Below, in pieces: positions 26,215 through 36,516 of a DNA stretch of 64,000 bases. The DNA comes from a virus. Its lineage: Duplodnaviria > Caudoviricetes. Below the pieces are notes generated by a model. The model saw nothing but the letters and a program-made list of their open reading frames with translations. It was not told the DNA's origin and did no database searches. The stretch lies in IMG/VR virus record IMGVR_UViG_3300002124_000001, positions 291 through 64,290 of that record. One strand, given 5' to 3'. The position numbers were made by a program, and so were the translations under genes. The stretch's first letter is position 1; each line of letters starts with the position of its first letter.

Positions 26215-28195
26215 TCCCCACTACCGGCACGAAGCCGGCCGGCGTCCACAGACGCGGCGCCTTTCGTTTCCCTCGCGGCGACGGCAGGCTCACGACCTGG
26301 CTCACCGCCATCACCGCGGCGATCGCGAGGTCGATCCGCTTCCCGCCTGATGGCTTCTCCAGCCACACGTTTTCGTAGCGGTCGTACTTGGGTTCCGCGT
26401 TCGCCACGCACCAGCCGAATACCGGATTGCCGTCGTGTTCGATCCGCCCCAGTCGAACCAGCGCATAAAACAACTTGATGAACTCGGACAGCTTCCGGCC
26501 CTGCCCGATTTCCACCACCTCGTATTTGCCTCGGTCGCGCAGGGCCACGGCCAACTCGGTCGCGTTGTAGGGGTCGTACCCGACGCGCTGCGGCTTGAAC
26601 CGCGGCCCGATCTCGTCGAGAAACTGCTCCTCGATCAGATGGTGGTCAATCACTGGCCCTGGTGTCGCCCGCAGCCACTTCTGCTCCGGAGATGGATTGG
26701 GTACAGGCCCTGTCCGTTCCCAGAGGTCGTACGGGATCTGTTCGTTCTTCACGCGCTCGATGAGCGTGTCCCGTGGAATCCATGCGAACGCCGAGAGCCT
26801 GATGCGGTAATTGACCGCCCATTTCTTCAGGGTGACACGACCGTTGTCGTTGTCCGGCGTTTCCACGACGTCCGCTCGAGCGTCCTTTGGGTCATCGAAT
26901 CGCTGTGCCGCGACACCGCCCGTAAGGTCCACTTTCATGGACATGTCGAAGGCGAACGCGCACGGCACACCGCTCGGCGGACGCTCGACGGTCGATCGAC
27001 AGGCCTCCCACTGGTCAAACGGAATCCATATCGAATGCCCCTGTGTCCAAACACAAAAGTTAAGCCGCTTCACGCGCGCGAGCATCGACGGCTGACTCAA
27101 CGCCTGCCTGACGACCCCTCGCATGTAGTCGAGGAGTGTCGGCAATTCAAGGAGCGCCGGGTTCACCTTCGGCCACACGCGCTCATCGGTCCAGGTGTCA
27201 CAGGTCGCGCACCCCTCGTTTGGCTGCGTCGCGCCGGCGGCCCGGCAGGTGTCGCATGGATCGAGTTGGCAGATGTACGCGAAGTACTCCTCGTCGACGA
27301 CAACGCCTTCGAGCACCTTCGTACCGTAGTCGTGCTTCGCCCAACACACCGAGGTCTTGTCGAAGCCGGCGTTCGTCAGATTGATGATGAGCGCGTCGAT
27401 CTGGCCTTTGATGCCGAGACGCATCTTTTCGGGAATGACCGGGCTCGGGTGTTCGTGGAGTTCCTCGATGAACGCCGTGAACACGCGCTTATTGTCGAGG
27501 CTGCGCCCCTCGGATGTCAGCGGCCGGAAGAACGAGTTCCGGTCAATCCACGCGAGGTTGTATTCCCCGGCGTCGAGTAGATCTCGCAGGTCGTCAGACC
27601 GCGCCACCATGCGTTTCGCGAACTGATACAGGTAGTTGGCCTGATCCGCGTTTACGCCGAGCGAGTAGATCTCCACCGCCGTGCGATTCTCTCCCACCAA
27701 CCGGTACACGCCGAAGGCGGCCGCCGCCGGCGTTTTTGTACTACCCTTCGCAGTCTCGAGATACGCCTCGACGAATCGCAAGCGGCCCGTGTCCGCATGC
27801 ACCCACCCAACGAGCGATCCGAACGTGAACTGCAGCCACCGCACGAGCGCGAACGGCAGCGGCTTCCCGTCCTCGTCGACGTCGTCCAACGTCAGGAACG
27901 TGTCGAAGAACTCGAGCATGCGCGCCACGCGCGCGGCGTCGAACACGTAGGCAAATCCAGGCGTCCTCTGCCGATCGAGGTCGCGGAGATGCCGCGCACA
28001 CGCCAGGCGCACTGCGCGCCCAGCGACAACGGCGCCGCTTTCCACGTCCCGCGCGTACTGCGTGACCGGATCAGCCTGCGGAGGTCGAGCCTTTCGTCGT
28101 GCGCCTACTGAGGAACGCCCCGAGTTTGCTCGTTTCCTTGCCGCGGCCGCCGGTCTTTGCGCGCGCCCTGGTGCCTTGACTGAGACAGAGGTCAT
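26177..28195 (-). CDS. terL: terminase large subunit (start uncertain)
   Basis: Walker A TAKGSTKT; Walker B FIEELHEH; nuclease FDMS...D and RIDLAIA. Confidence 0.95.
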   Translation of the reverse strand: MTSVSVKAPGRAQRPAAAARKRANSGRSSVGARRKARPPQADPVTQYARDVESGAVVAGRAVRLACARHLRDLDRQRTPGFAYVFDAARVARMLEFFDTFLTLDDVDEDGKPLPFALVRWLQFTFGSLVGWVHADTGRLRFVEAYLETAKGSTKTPAAAAFGVYRLVGENRTAVEIYSLGVNADQANYLYQFAKRMVARSDDLRDLLDAGEYNLAWIDRNSFFRPLTSEGRSLDNKRVFTAFIEELHEHPSPVIPEKMRLGIKGQIDALIINLTNAGFDKTSVCWAKHDYGTKVLEGVVVDEEYFAYICQLDPCDTCRAAGATQPNEGCATCDTWTDERVWPKVNPALLELPTLLDYMRGVVRQALSQPSMLARVKRLNFCVWTQGHSIWIPFDQWEACRSTVERPPSGVPCAFAFDMSMKVDLTGGVAAQRFDDPKDARADVVETPDNDNGRVTLKKWAVNYRIRLSAFAWIPRDTLIERVKNEQIPYDLWERTGPVPNPSPEQKWLRATPGPVIDHHLIEEQFLDEIGPRFKPQRVGYDPYNATELAVALRDRGKYEVVEIGQGRKLSEFIKLFYALVRLGRIEHDGNPVFGWCVANAEPKYDRYENVWLEKPSGGKRIDLAIAAVMAVSQVVSLPSPRGKRKAPRLWTPAGFVPVVGNDAETTDRHDHV

Positions 28196-28541
28196 TGATC
28201 GCCTTGCGGTATGTTTCCCATTGAATCCGTTCGCCTGTCTTGAACCGCCGCCACTCGTCGTGCGGAAGCCCTCTCTGCTTCGCCTTTCGCTCGTAGTCCT
28301 TCGCCGACCCAAACGCGATCGCCGCCACCGAAATCGAAGCGCGGTCAGAGAGTGACAATCGCTGCTCGCCTTCGAGCTCCTCGATCAGCCGATCCCACTC
28401 CTCCGACGCAGACCGCGAGAGCCCAGACGGCTTGATTGGAGCCCCAGGCACCGGCACAGGCTCGTCCTCTGGAATCGGGCGATGGCCTGGGTTCCCCTGT
28501 AACAGCCTCAACGCCGCTGGCTTCGGTCGCCGCCCAGCCAC
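28071..28541 (-). CDS. terS: terminase small subunit, P27 family
   Basis: MAGRRPKPAALRLLQGNPGHRPI...P..LS...EW...LCLSQGTRAR. Confidence 0.92.
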   Translation of the reverse strand: MAGRRPKPAALRLLQGNPGHRPIPEDEPVPVPGAPIKPSGLSRSASEEWDRLIEELEGEQRLSLSDRASISVAAIAFGSAKDYERKAKQRGLPHDEWRRFKTGERIQWETYRKAINDLCLSQGTRARAKTGGRGKETSKLGAFLSRRTTKGSTSAG

Positions 28542-28559
28542 TATAAATGCTCCAATCCG

Positions 28560-29006
28560 TTAAATCTCGCGAAAGACGTAGCCCGCGGCGTCTGGAGCAA
28601 CAAGGACGGCCTGAATCTGCCGCGCGATGGTCGCCGCTGCCACAGGGTCACGCACAATCACATACACACGCGCCTCGTAGAGCGTCACGTCGGCCAGCCA
28701 CGCCATTAGGGCATCACGCATGACGAGCATGGCCTTCATCGTTGGCCACGGCCAGGCACCTCGCGAGTGGTCGTCGGTCGCCCGCGGTCGCTCTTCACCA
28801 TCCAGGGATAGCACGCTGGCCAAACGGTCAAAGTCCCAGACAAGATCCCCCTCTCGCGCCTGCCTGCGACACCATGTGCTCTTCCCGCTGTTTGGTGGAC
28901 CAGTCACGACATACCGCTTCGGCGCATGTTCCACGCAGTACACATGAGCTGTCAGGCTAGGACAGCCGCCCGGGGCCGCACATGACCGCAGAAGAGTTGA
29001 CGCCAT
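28560..29006 (-). CDS. P-loop (AAA/kinase-like) protein with N-terminal Cys motif
   Basis: GPPNSGKST; VWDFD; N-terminal CAAPGGC...YCVEH. Confidence 0.75.
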   Translation of the reverse strand: MASTLLRSCAAPGGCPSLTAHVYCVEHAPKRYVVTGPPNSGKSTWCRRQAREGDLVWDFDRLASVLSLDGEERPRATDDHSRGAWPWPTMKAMLVMRDALMAWLADVTLYEARVYVIVRDPVAAATIARQIQAVLVAPDAAGYVFREI

Positions 29007-29054
29007 CTTCAGAACACCACTTCGCCTTTCGCTTTGTCACGACGCAGAAGATGC

Positions 29055-29130
29055 GCTGAAATTACTAAACGCGAAACTTCTATTTCGCGGGCGTCTGTTC
29101 CGCTGGCTGGCGCGGTCTGCGACGCGCTGT
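29055..29130 (-). other. candidate cos region
   Basis: Non-coding-like gap between packaging HNH and terS; GACCGCGCCAGCCAG...CGCGAAAT pattern and hairpin CGCGAAA/TTTCGCG. Confidence 0.5.
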
Positions 29131-29458
29131 CCTCCAAAGAAGACAAACCGGTATGCCCTGGGGTGCCGCTGGTTGGCCATAGGATGACCAAGGCGCCACG
29201 ATCTCGGCCTCTATCGCATATCGGTCCACTCGGATTCGCCTCACGTGTAGGGCAACCCAAGAGCCCGAGTGATTTACGCATTACGTAATCTTCGCTTTCG
29301 CCATCATCTTGTCTTTCGCCTCTACTTACAGGCGTCGCCAACTTCTTCCATCTGTTCGAGGCACGGCTCGTGAATTACCCACTCGGTCCCGTCGTCCTCA
29401 CGAAGCACAACGACCTTGTCACCGTCTTCAATCAGCAGCGCGCAGACGTAGCACGCCG

Positions 29459-29890
29459 TCACGCTGTCCGCCTCGCGAAGCCGCTGTCCTTGGTCGCCGT
29501 CTTCCGGGCATGACAGGAGACGCACAAGGCCTGGATGTTCCTGACGTCGAACTGCTTCTGCTCATCCAAGCTGCCGTCGGGTCGCATGAACGGGACGATG
29601 TGATCGAGCTCCATGTCCACGTCGTTCAGCCTGCCCTCCGCTGCGCATCGGCTGTCGTCGGTCTCCGGTGCGCCTGGCCAGCGAGATCCACACACAGGGG
29701 CCATATCGAACAGGGTGATCAGTTTGCGGATCCACCAAGCTCTGAAGCTGGCCCATCTGCGGGTGTAGCCGCGGGCGTGGCTGCTGCCTCTGGCCTGTTC
29801 TTGCTTCTTGGCCTGGAGAGGGCAGGGGCCGACATGGGCGCCTGCCTCACAGGAAGGGTTCAAGCAAGCGCGTTGAAGTGCTGATGGCAT
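29459..29890 (-). CDS. packaging-associated HNH endonuclease (gp74-like)
   Basis: LDHIVP...NIQALCVSCHARKT upstream of terS. Confidence 0.9.
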   Translation of the reverse strand: MPSALQRACLNPSCEAGAHVGPCPLQAKKQEQARGSSHARGYTRRWASFRAWWIRKLITLFDMAPVCGSRWPGAPETDDSRCAAEGRLNDVDMELDHIVPFMRPDGSLDEQKQFDVRNIQALCVSCHARKTATKDSGFARRTA

Positions 29891-30121
29891 TCAGTCTCGC
29901 TTCTGTGCACGCCAGCGTTCAAGCCACTGTCGCCGCGATGCCGTGCGTCGTGCCGCCGCCTCTCGCCGCGTGGCGCCGTCGTAGTGTCTGTCCGAATACG
30001 CACGCTGATTAGCTGCCCAGTCCTCGAACGAGCGCATGTCCCGGCGCACCCAAAGCGCCCAGCCAATGAACCCAACAGCCAGGGTCGACAGGCCGATGAG
30101 ATGCACGGTGAGTAGGCTCAC
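29891..30121 (-). CDS. small membrane protein
   Basis: TM segment LIGLSTLAVGFIGWALWV. Confidence 0.5.
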   Translation of the reverse strand: MSLLTVHLIGLSTLAVGFIGWALWVRRDMRSFEDWAANQRAYSDRHYDGATRREAAARRTASRRQWLERWRAQKRD

Positions 30122-30158
30122 AGCGTCCGTCCCACGATCTTGAAGCTCCGCACGTGCA

Positions 30159-30521
30159 TTACTTCTGACGAATCCCCAACTTGAAGTGCCGATTCTTGGT
30201 TTGGCTGGGCGACTCGTTTGTGGTGATCGTCTCGTCGATGCGATACACGGCACCGAGTGGCCCTCCGGTGAGTCGCAGCTGCGTCGTGCGTAAGGCTGCG
30301 TAGGTATGACCCTCTGAGTCCGTCCACGCCGGGAGAATGGATTCGCTGTCCTTGGCCAACGCCGGCGTCGCGCCGCCCCTCAACTGTGTGATCGCGAAGA
30401 CGTGCCCGCTGATCGTGGCGCTGCCTAAGAGGTTGTCCGTGTCCCAATCCATCGTGTAGACGAGGCTATCGTTCGGGTCTTGTGAGACAAACGCCCCGTC
30501 CCGAACGATCAGTAGAGACAT
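30159..30521 (-). CDS. small beta-sandwich virion/adaptor protein
   Basis: QDPNDSLVYTMDW...GAVYRIDETITT resembles the recurrent KDPxxxLDYxxDW phage family. Confidence 0.55.
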   Translation of the reverse strand: MSLLIVRDGAFVSQDPNDSLVYTMDWDTDNLLGSATISGHVFAITQLRGGATPALAKDSESILPAWTDSEGHTYAALRTTQLRLTGGPLGAVYRIDETITTNESPSQTKNRHFKLGIRQK

Positions 30522-32189
30522 CTACCGAATCCTCACGAGTGGATCTGGACGCACGCGGATGACTCCAACGTCGCCTCGCACGCGGATAATCACGTCCGCC
30601 GTGGCTGGTGCTCCGAGGATGCCGAGTTGTGGCTGGGCCACCCACCCGAAGCCCTTCGCGATCCGCATAGGCGCAGGGACGGGCCATGTGAACTGGTTCG
30701 CCGGGGATTCGTCCTCGTAGTAGGGCTTCCGGAAGTCCACCCACGTGCGCAGCTCAATCGCCGGCGGCTTCGCGAGGAACAGCGGCCACTCGGACTGCAC
30801 GCGCGGATCAGGCCCTGGCTCGAGTGTCGTCTGCTGGAGGTTGTTGATCCAGGTCTGTGTGGGATACCGACGTGGCTCCGGGTTCGGCCTGTCTGTCGGG
30901 ACGAACGGATCCTGCCCCACCGAGAGCGGCGACTCGAGTAGCGTTTGCGCCCAGGACTCAGTCGCGCGCGGTGCGGTCCTGGCCGGGATCGGCCACGCCG
31001 CTTGGCTGAACGGCTCGATGTCGACGTAGTAGAACGGCGTCTGAGACACCGTGATCCCGAGGTCCGCAACTCTCGTCCTGGCCGTGGGATTCGGGAAGTC
31101 CACCGGCATAAACGGCGTCGCCTGAGGCGCCAGCGTCGAATGCAGGAGGCTCGGCGCCCACGTCAGCAGCTCGATCGAGCGCGGCAGTCTCGGCGGTGTC
31201 GGCCAGTCCGCCAGCGACTGCGGCGTGTCGTCGACCACGTCCTCGATCGACAACTGCCGCCAATCGCTGAACTCAAGGAGCTCTGGCGACGGCTTCAGAC
31301 GTGGCGGCGTGGGCCAGTCGGTCTGGCTGAATGGCTGCGGAGGCTCGGCCAGCGAGAGGTTCCGCGTGCCCAGCCACGTAAGACGGTCGATTGACCGCTT
31401 CGGCTGGAGCGGATTGGGCCACGATGTCTGGATGAACGGCGCTGAATCATCGAAGACGAAGAACCCGATGTGCGAGAACCGCAGGCCGACGACCCGTCTC
31501 GGAATCGGGGCGAGCCACTGCGCTTGCGCAAACGGCCGATCTTCAGAGGCCGGCGCCAGTGTGGTTGTCAGTAGAACGGGGGCGGGCTCTGGCCTCGGCG
31601 TCCGCGAGACAGCGCGCGCGCGCGGCCACGCGTGCTGGGCGAAGGGGACGGGGTCGGGCTCCGGCTCCGGCGCCACCGCGTCGTCCGCCTTGGCGACCGT
31701 CGTGACACTGACGGCAAGACGCCATGGACGATACGGGTTCGGCCACTCGGTCTGACTGAATGGCTCCGGGGACAGAATCGTCGCGATGAGCGGGACGCCC
31801 GTGATCCCGGGCGTGACCACTCCCGGGCGCCGCGGGTTCACCCACGGCCAGGCTGCAAACGGAAACGGCGTCGGCTGCAGCGTGCTGGAGAACAGATTCG
31901 GCGGCGCCTGGAGATAGGGCGCCTTGACCGTGATTCTGGGGAGTGTCCAGTCCGCACGACCTGACGGGATCTCTGGGTCCGGCACAACCGGGGCGCTCTC
32001 GATACCAGGGACCGTCCCGACACTAGCGTGAATGACCGCCTTCGGCGCTGGGTTCGGCCACGCCTGCTGACGGATCGGCAGGACATCGGCCGAGCCGAGC
32101 GTCGTCAGGAGCAACGAGGAGGCAATCGTCAGCGCCGCCATCGGTGAGGATGGCCGCGCGCGAATGAGGATGTCTTGACGTGTCTCCAT
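30522..32189 (-). CDS. Pro-rich protein with about 14 PF.Q..WP.P repeats
   Basis: Repeats counted directly in the translation. Confidence 0.85.
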   Translation of the reverse strand: METRQDILIRARPSSPMAALTIASSLLLTTLGSADVLPIRQQAWPNPAPKAVIHASVGTVPGIESAPVVPDPEIPSGRADWTLPRITVKAPYLQAPPNLFSSTLQPTPFPFAAWPWVNPRRPGVVTPGITGVPLIATILSPEPFSQTEWPNPYRPWRLAVSVTTVAKADDAVAPEPEPDPVPFAQHAWPRARAVSRTPRPEPAPVLLTTTLAPASEDRPFAQAQWLAPIPRRVVGLRFSHIGFFVFDDSAPFIQTSWPNPLQPKRSIDRLTWLGTRNLSLAEPPQPFSQTDWPTPPRLKPSPELLEFSDWRQLSIEDVVDDTPQSLADWPTPPRLPRSIELLTWAPSLLHSTLAPQATPFMPVDFPNPTARTRVADLGITVSQTPFYYVDIEPFSQAAWPIPARTAPRATESWAQTLLESPLSVGQDPFVPTDRPNPEPRRYPTQTWINNLQQTTLEPGPDPRVQSEWPLFLAKPPAIELRTWVDFRKPYYEDESPANQFTWPVPAPMRIAKGFGWVAQPQLGILGAPATADVIIRVRGDVGVIRVRPDPLVRIR

Positions 32190-33553
32190 TACTTCACACG
32201 CTTGGCGTCAATTGTCGTGAAGAACGGGGGCGGGCTGGTCAGGATGCCGGTGTTCAAGAGGTTGGTCGGCTCAGACCGTGGCACGACCCGTCGAGCGGCG
32301 CGCGGCATGCCGAGATGCGCATCCGTCGTGGTTGGTGTGCCGCCGGCGGACTCACCGAACACGGCATAGCCGACCAGCGCCTGCGCGGGATCGGCATCGT
32401 CCATCAGGCACGTGAAGCCGTCCGCGCCCATCTCGGTGAGATCCATCAAGCCGACGACACCCGATCCGTCCACCTTGACGTAGACGGCATCGGTCTCGAT
32501 CGCCGTCGTGATCACGGTCGTCGCCGCCGCGTCCTGGTCGCGGATGCCCTGGGCCACGCGCGCGGCCGTCCCGGTCGCCGCGCCCATCGACCACGTGTCG
32601 TGGTCCTGCACCACGTCCTGTGTGCTCTCCGCGAGTGTGTGCGACACAAAGAGGACCGCCCGCGGCGTGAAGCCCAAGCTCGACACCGCAATCGGCGTCA
32701 CGGTGTCCGTCTGCGTCAGCACCGTGCCGACCTGGATGTTGCCGCCGAGTTTCAGCGCGAGGTAGTAATGCGAGCGCCCGAGCGAGCCAGCCTCGAGCCA
32801 GTTCAGTGTGACGCCATCCGCATCGAAGCTGACGAACTCCGCGCGATTACTCATCGCGTTGATAGCCGGGGCGACGTGCCCAGCCATCTCCAGGTCGTTG
32901 CTATACGCCGCCGTTTGAGTCGTAGTGGCGGCATCGTTCGAGCCGCCGGTGTAGCAAAACTGATTCGATGGACCGCTCACCATGCCGATCGTGAGGTCGG
33001 AGTCGGCCGAGAATGCAGGAGGGGCGCCCGTGGTCTTAATGCCGGAGAGCAGCAGGAAGTCCGGCTGGAACCCGACACCTGTGTAGGCCTCATTGCCCGT
33101 GGCCGCCGGCCCCGCGATCACGCCCGTCGTCGCGTTCGTCAGCGTGTCTCCGCCGAGCGCGAGGTAGCTCACACGGAGATCAGTCACGAACGCGTCGAGG
33201 ATCTCCAGCGTGAAGCCGTCGGCGTCGAACGACTGCAGGTCGGCCCAGCCGATCAGCGCACCGTCACCGGCCTCGGTGATGCACGCGTCGTCGCGATGTG
33301 ACACGTCCGCAATCGCCAGAGAGGCGGACCCGTGCACACTGCGGGTGCACTTGGAGACGTTGTTCGCCGGCCCAGTCGTCCAGCCCACACCGCGGAGGTG
33401 CGTGGCGTTCCCGGCCGTGTCCGTGCTCTCTGTCCGGCCTGACCACCAGAAGACGATCGCCTTCGGAAGGAACCCGACGCCCGTGATGGCGACCGTCGAC
33501 GCCGCGGCCCCGAGACCGATGTTGAAGTGGCCGACCTTCGCGGAGAGGGCCAT
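32189..33553 (-). CDS. putative virion structural protein with internal repeats
   Basis: Start MALSAKVG; three (I/Y/V)T/SG(V/L)GF.P blocks; C-terminal tail resembles the WPxP unit. Confidence 0.7.
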   Translation of the reverse strand: MALSAKVGHFNIGLGAAASTVAITGVGFLPKAIVFWWSGRTESTDTAGNATHLRGVGWTTGPANNVSKCTRSVHGSASLAIADVSHRDDACITEAGDGALIGWADLQSFDADGFTLEILDAFVTDLRVSYLALGGDTLTNATTGVIAGPAATGNEAYTGVGFQPDFLLLSGIKTTGAPPAFSADSDLTIGMVSGPSNQFCYTGGSNDAATTTQTAAYSNDLEMAGHVAPAINAMSNRAEFVSFDADGVTLNWLEAGSLGRSHYYLALKLGGNIQVGTVLTQTDTVTPIAVSSLGFTPRAVLFVSHTLAESTQDVVQDHDTWSMGAATGTAARVAQGIRDQDAAATTVITTAIETDAVYVKVDGSGVVGLMDLTEMGADGFTCLMDDADPAQALVGYAVFGESAGGTPTTTDAHLGMPRAARRVVPRSEPTNLLNTGILTSPPPFFTTIDAKRVK

Positions 33554-33554
33554 T

Positions 33555-36516
33555 CTAGGGCACCACCAGTGGATGCGGGTATGCGTAGGGCGTGTAGTAC
33601 AGCGTCCAGGTGTTCGGCGCCGTGCATTTGTACAGCACACCATCCGCACCAGAGGTATTCCACGAGCCTTGGTCGGTCGCCCAGTAGCCCACGCCGGTGA
33701 CACAGGTGGCCGACCGCGCGGCGAGCGTACCCACACCCACGCCGGTCTTGCCATCGAACGTGGTGTCCTCGTCGTAAAAATCTCGCTCCTCCTGAATGTC
33801 GCTCGTCTGCGGAGTCGCCGCGTGGAGGCTCCCGCCCTTCGTGTTCCCCCAGGCATACGCGCCGACGAGCGTATTCGTCCCGTCCGTGGCAACGGTAAAA
33901 ATGTGGCCCACTTGATCCAGGCACGGGTAGCCGCTCGGCCCGTCATTGCCATCCACGGGATTGGAGCCGTTACAAAATCCCCAGACGCCGCCGTTGTAGC
34001 TCCCGCCACTGCGCAGATTCCGCAGATGAAAGTCGCCGTGATTGCTGTCGATCACGTTGTCGAAGATCATCCACGCGCCGGAGCGCATGGTGATGGTCCG
34101 GGCACAGTCATCGCACGGCCCGAACGTGTTGCGATAGACCTCGAAGCTATGGGTGCCTCGGTAGTTGCCAGAGTCCGCGCCGTGCGTCCCTTGGGTCGCG
34201 CCGTTGATCGCGTTGAACCGCACCACAAACCGCGCCCCGCCGTAACCCTCCACCACACCATCGTGAGGAACTGGGCGGGTCACGAGGTTGTCCTCAAAGA
34301 AGATGTATTTAGATGACCCCGGCTCATAGGGTCTGGCGAATCCTGCGCTCTGCTGTGGGTTCGCCCCCATGACCGCCACGCTCTGCGAGTTGCCACCGTC
34401 CGCCTCGGTGGGTGAATCAAACGTGTTGTGATCGATGACGCCAGTCAGTTCGTGCTGCTGATTCCGCACGCCGATCCCACGGCTAACGTTGTTCGCGAAG
34501 TAAATATGGTCTACACGAAAGGCGTTTTCGGCATCCGCGGAGGCGGTGACTTGGACCGAGCCCGTGAGGGTGTCCTTCATCACCCCGGTCTGAATGATGG
34601 TCATGGCCGTGACGCGGGACAGGGCATTGCCATTCGCGACATTCAGGACAATCGCACCCGTACCAGAGACTGAGTCCGTGATGATGGTCGATCCAATACC
34701 CGCGCCTTGAATCGTGATGCCCTTACTCTTCGGCACACTTACGGATGTCGTCAACTCGCACTCACCCGACGGTACCACGACGGTCTGACCGTCAGTCGCC
34801 ATGCCGATCGCCAGATTGATGTCGCCCGCATTGCAGCTCGACGCGGGCACCTCGTCGTCCCCTCCTGGGTCGTCGCCGATGAACTCGTACGCGCCCAGAT
34901 CGGGCAGGCCGGAGCGGGCCGACCCGGCGGCATCGAGCGGTACCGTCACCGTCAGGTCCGCGCCCATATCGATCGGGGCCGCGCCGAAGACGAGCGTGTA
35001 GTCATGCGCCACCGCATCCGTGAAGTACGCCGCGCTGAAGGCGAGGTTCCCACTGGTCGTCGGGCCGATGTTGTTCCGGACGTCGGTCGTGCCGGCGGAG
35101 ATCGTCACGGCTCCGGAGGCCATGTCGATCGTGTTGTGGTACACCCGCCGCGTATACGCATCACTCGCCGAGTTGTTGATCAAGATCCCTGATCCGGTCG
35201 TCACGGTATGGATCACGTTGTTGTACGCGGTCGATCCGGTCCCGAGACGAATGCCGGTCTTCACCGAGGAGATCACGTTGTTGCGGATCACGTGCTGCGG
35301 GTCAAAGGCCAATGTCTGCACGCCACCGTTCGACTCCAGGACCTCGATCGCGCCCACGCTCGTGCCCACGGCCGCCGCAGTGTTCGTTCCGGTCAGGGTG
35401 TTGCCATCGATCGTGACGTTGTAGGTGCCGGCCTTCAGCTCGATCCCCTCGTGCGTCGTATCGAGGATCGTGTTGTTGCTCAGGGTGATGTCGTGTGAGT
35501 TGTCAAGAGGTCCCGCCGATCCCGTGCCGATGTAGAAGCCCTCGCCGTTCGACCCGTTCAGGCCGGTGCGCTGGACGGTGCTCCCACTGATCGTGATGAA
35601 CGAGCTGTTCTGCCGAACGTGGATCCCTTCCTGGCCCACGTCCTCGACCGTCACGCCAGAGATCGTGACGTGCGCCGCCGCGTCGATGAAGATGCCCTGA
35701 TTGAAGTCTCTGACGGTGATGCCCCTGAACGTGAAATAAGACGCGAGAATCCGGACCCGTGAGGATCCGATCCCGGGGCCGTCAATCGTGACCATGTCGG
35801 TCTCGAAGGGCTCGAGCACGGTGTCGGCGGAGGCATCGCCAGAGGCCGCCACTGGCACCACGACCGTCTCCGCATACGTCCCGCTCTTCACCTTGATCGT
35901 CGATCGCGCGGTGACATGATCCACCGCGTACTGAATCGTGCACCAGGGCGCCGCCTCAGATCCTCCTGTGGGCACGTCGGCGCAGGCTACCGACCCGCCT
36001 TCGACGTACGCGATCTGTGTCCGCACGATCGTGATCACGTCGAGACCGGTCGTCTGGCCGGCATTCGTACACGTGAACGTGATCACATTGGTGCCCACCG
36101 TCAACGGCACCGTCGCGGTCCACGGCAACGGTTGACCGCTACCAATGTTCGTCACGCTGCCGCTCCCACCGAGGCTGTTGCTCCACGCGCAGCCGGTGAC
36201 GGAGAGCGCGCTGGCTCCAGTCCCAGCCACGTCGACCGAACTGACTTGCCCCGCGTCGTAGGTATCGGCCGAGGTCGGGCTCGTGATCGTGGTCGTCACA
36301 ATCGACGGCAGGCGCACGATCACTTGACGCGAGACGAGCGCAGGACGACTGGCGATCAGGTCATCAGGGGATGTATCGATCGCGCGAGGGAGATCAAAAA
36401 CGGCGTGATGCCCAATCGGCAGTGATGGGCTCGTCCGAACACGCTGCACCCGAGGCGCACACGCGGAGACGAGCACCGCCACGACGACGAGACACCACGC
36501 CTTAAGTGATCGCCAT
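33555..36516 (-). CDS. large protein: lipoprotein-like signal, Ig-like domain, two right-handed beta-helix (pectin-lyase-like) domains; start ambiguous
   Basis: VVAVLVSAC lipobox; PWCTIQYAV...TIKVKSGTY; GEGFYIG, EGIELK repeats; no in-frame ATG before the signal. Confidence 0.75.

Noticed and set aside
29009-29341. 110-aa ORF
   Set aside because: Covers the probable cos/regulatory gap and has no recognisable features.
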